DNA from: Squalus acanthias
Taxonomy: Eukaryota
DNA: 64,000 nt
Assembly: GCA_030390025.1 (NCBI GenBank)
Contig: CM059431.1
Span: 154,258,001-154,322,000, forward strand
Direction of reading: 5' to 3'
Every line of letters starts with the position of its first letter. Position 1 is the stretch's first letter. Positions 63,201 to 64,000 of this stretch are shown here, piece by piece. The notes beneath the pieces were generated by a model that saw nothing but the letters and a program-made list of their open reading frames with translations, searched no databases and was not told the origin of the DNA. The position numbers and the translations under genes are program-made.

Positions 63201-64000
63201 TTTCATAGTTCCTCTTTGCCTTGCTAATTGTTTTTTTGACATCTCACCTAATCTCTTCATATTCTCCCTTATTATGCACTACCCTGCTGTCCATGTAGTT
63301 AATGTATGCCTCTTTCCTTACCCTCAATTGTTCCCTTATTGCTTTATTCATCCATGGAGTCTCATTAGTCTTTAATTTGTTCTTTCCTTTTAGCGGAATA
63401 TATTGTTCCTGCATTCTGTTAAACACCGTTTTACATGTTTCCCATTGCTGTTCTACATCGTTATTTGCAAATATTGTTGCACCTTTTATTTTCCCTCGTT
63501 CTATTCTCAGCCCCCGAAATCAGCTTTTCTCCAATCTATTACCCTGGTTTGCGTCATAATTATGTCTTTCTCGATTATCATCTAAAAGCGTATTAGATTA
63601 TGGTCACTGTTGTCTAGATGTTTCCCCGACTTTTCCTTCTCTTATCTGCTCTGGTTCATTCCCCACTACTAGATCCAATAGCGAATCCTCCCTTGTTCGG
63701 CTTTTTACATATTGGGTTAGAAAGGTGTCCTGTACACATAGTATGAACTCCATTCCCTTATCCCCTTTACCTACCTCTTCTGTCCAATTAATATCGGGGT
63801 AGTTGAAATCCCCCATGATTGTTATTCTAAGTGTTTTACTAATTTCCCTAATTAGACTGCATATTTCTTCCTCCACCTTCCTTCCACTATGAGGTGATCT
63901 GTAGACTACACATATTAGTGTGATTGCTCCTTTATTAGCTTTTATCTCTAACCATTTGGATTCTATATTTTTCTTGCTGATAGCTGTCTCAATTTTTTTC
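60237..64000 (-). mobile_element. CR1 LINE split by another CR1 (pieces ~60237-61766 and ~63050-64000)
   Basis: 3' tail at ~60240; NYRPVIL at ~61600; APE motifs GDFNYPDINW and LLDLV in ORF 63604-63876. Confidence 0.85.
61767..63050 (-). mobile_element. CR1 LINE, 5'-truncated in RT
   Basis: (GAACATA)n tail at ~61767; ORFs 62174-63024. Confidence 0.9.

Noticed and set aside
1..64000. CRISPR arrays, rRNA genes or operons
   Set aside because: No repeat-spacer arrays or rRNA-like sequence; the window is vertebrate repeat-rich DNA

Overview
Vertebrate genomic DNA, most likely cartilaginous fish, inferred from HE1/V-SINE-like and SacSINE1/Deu-like SINEs and dense CR1 LINEs. Most of the window is nested retroelements: many CR1 LINE copies (one 5'-truncated copy with an uninterrupted 841-aa ORF2), L2 fragments, a second CR1/L2-group LINE family, Penelope-like elements (RT plus GIY-YIG) with hammerhead ribozyme cores, a ~1.6-kb solo LTR, SINEs and MITE-like hairpins. 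Between the repeats at ~39.4-53.3 kb I can assemble seven phase-compatible plus-strand exons that the ORF track mostly misses. They encode one complete and two partial copies of a CARD-like death-fold domain resembling, from recall, the N-terminus of shark NLR immune receptors. The region arose by internal duplication, includes one chimeric exon, and has no NACHT exon in the window. A 1-nt shortfall in a T-run and an in-frame TAA leave open whether it is a NACHT-less death-fold decoy gene or a pseudogene. Family assignments come from recognised motifs, not database searches, and repeat boundaries are approximate unless a TSD is cited.
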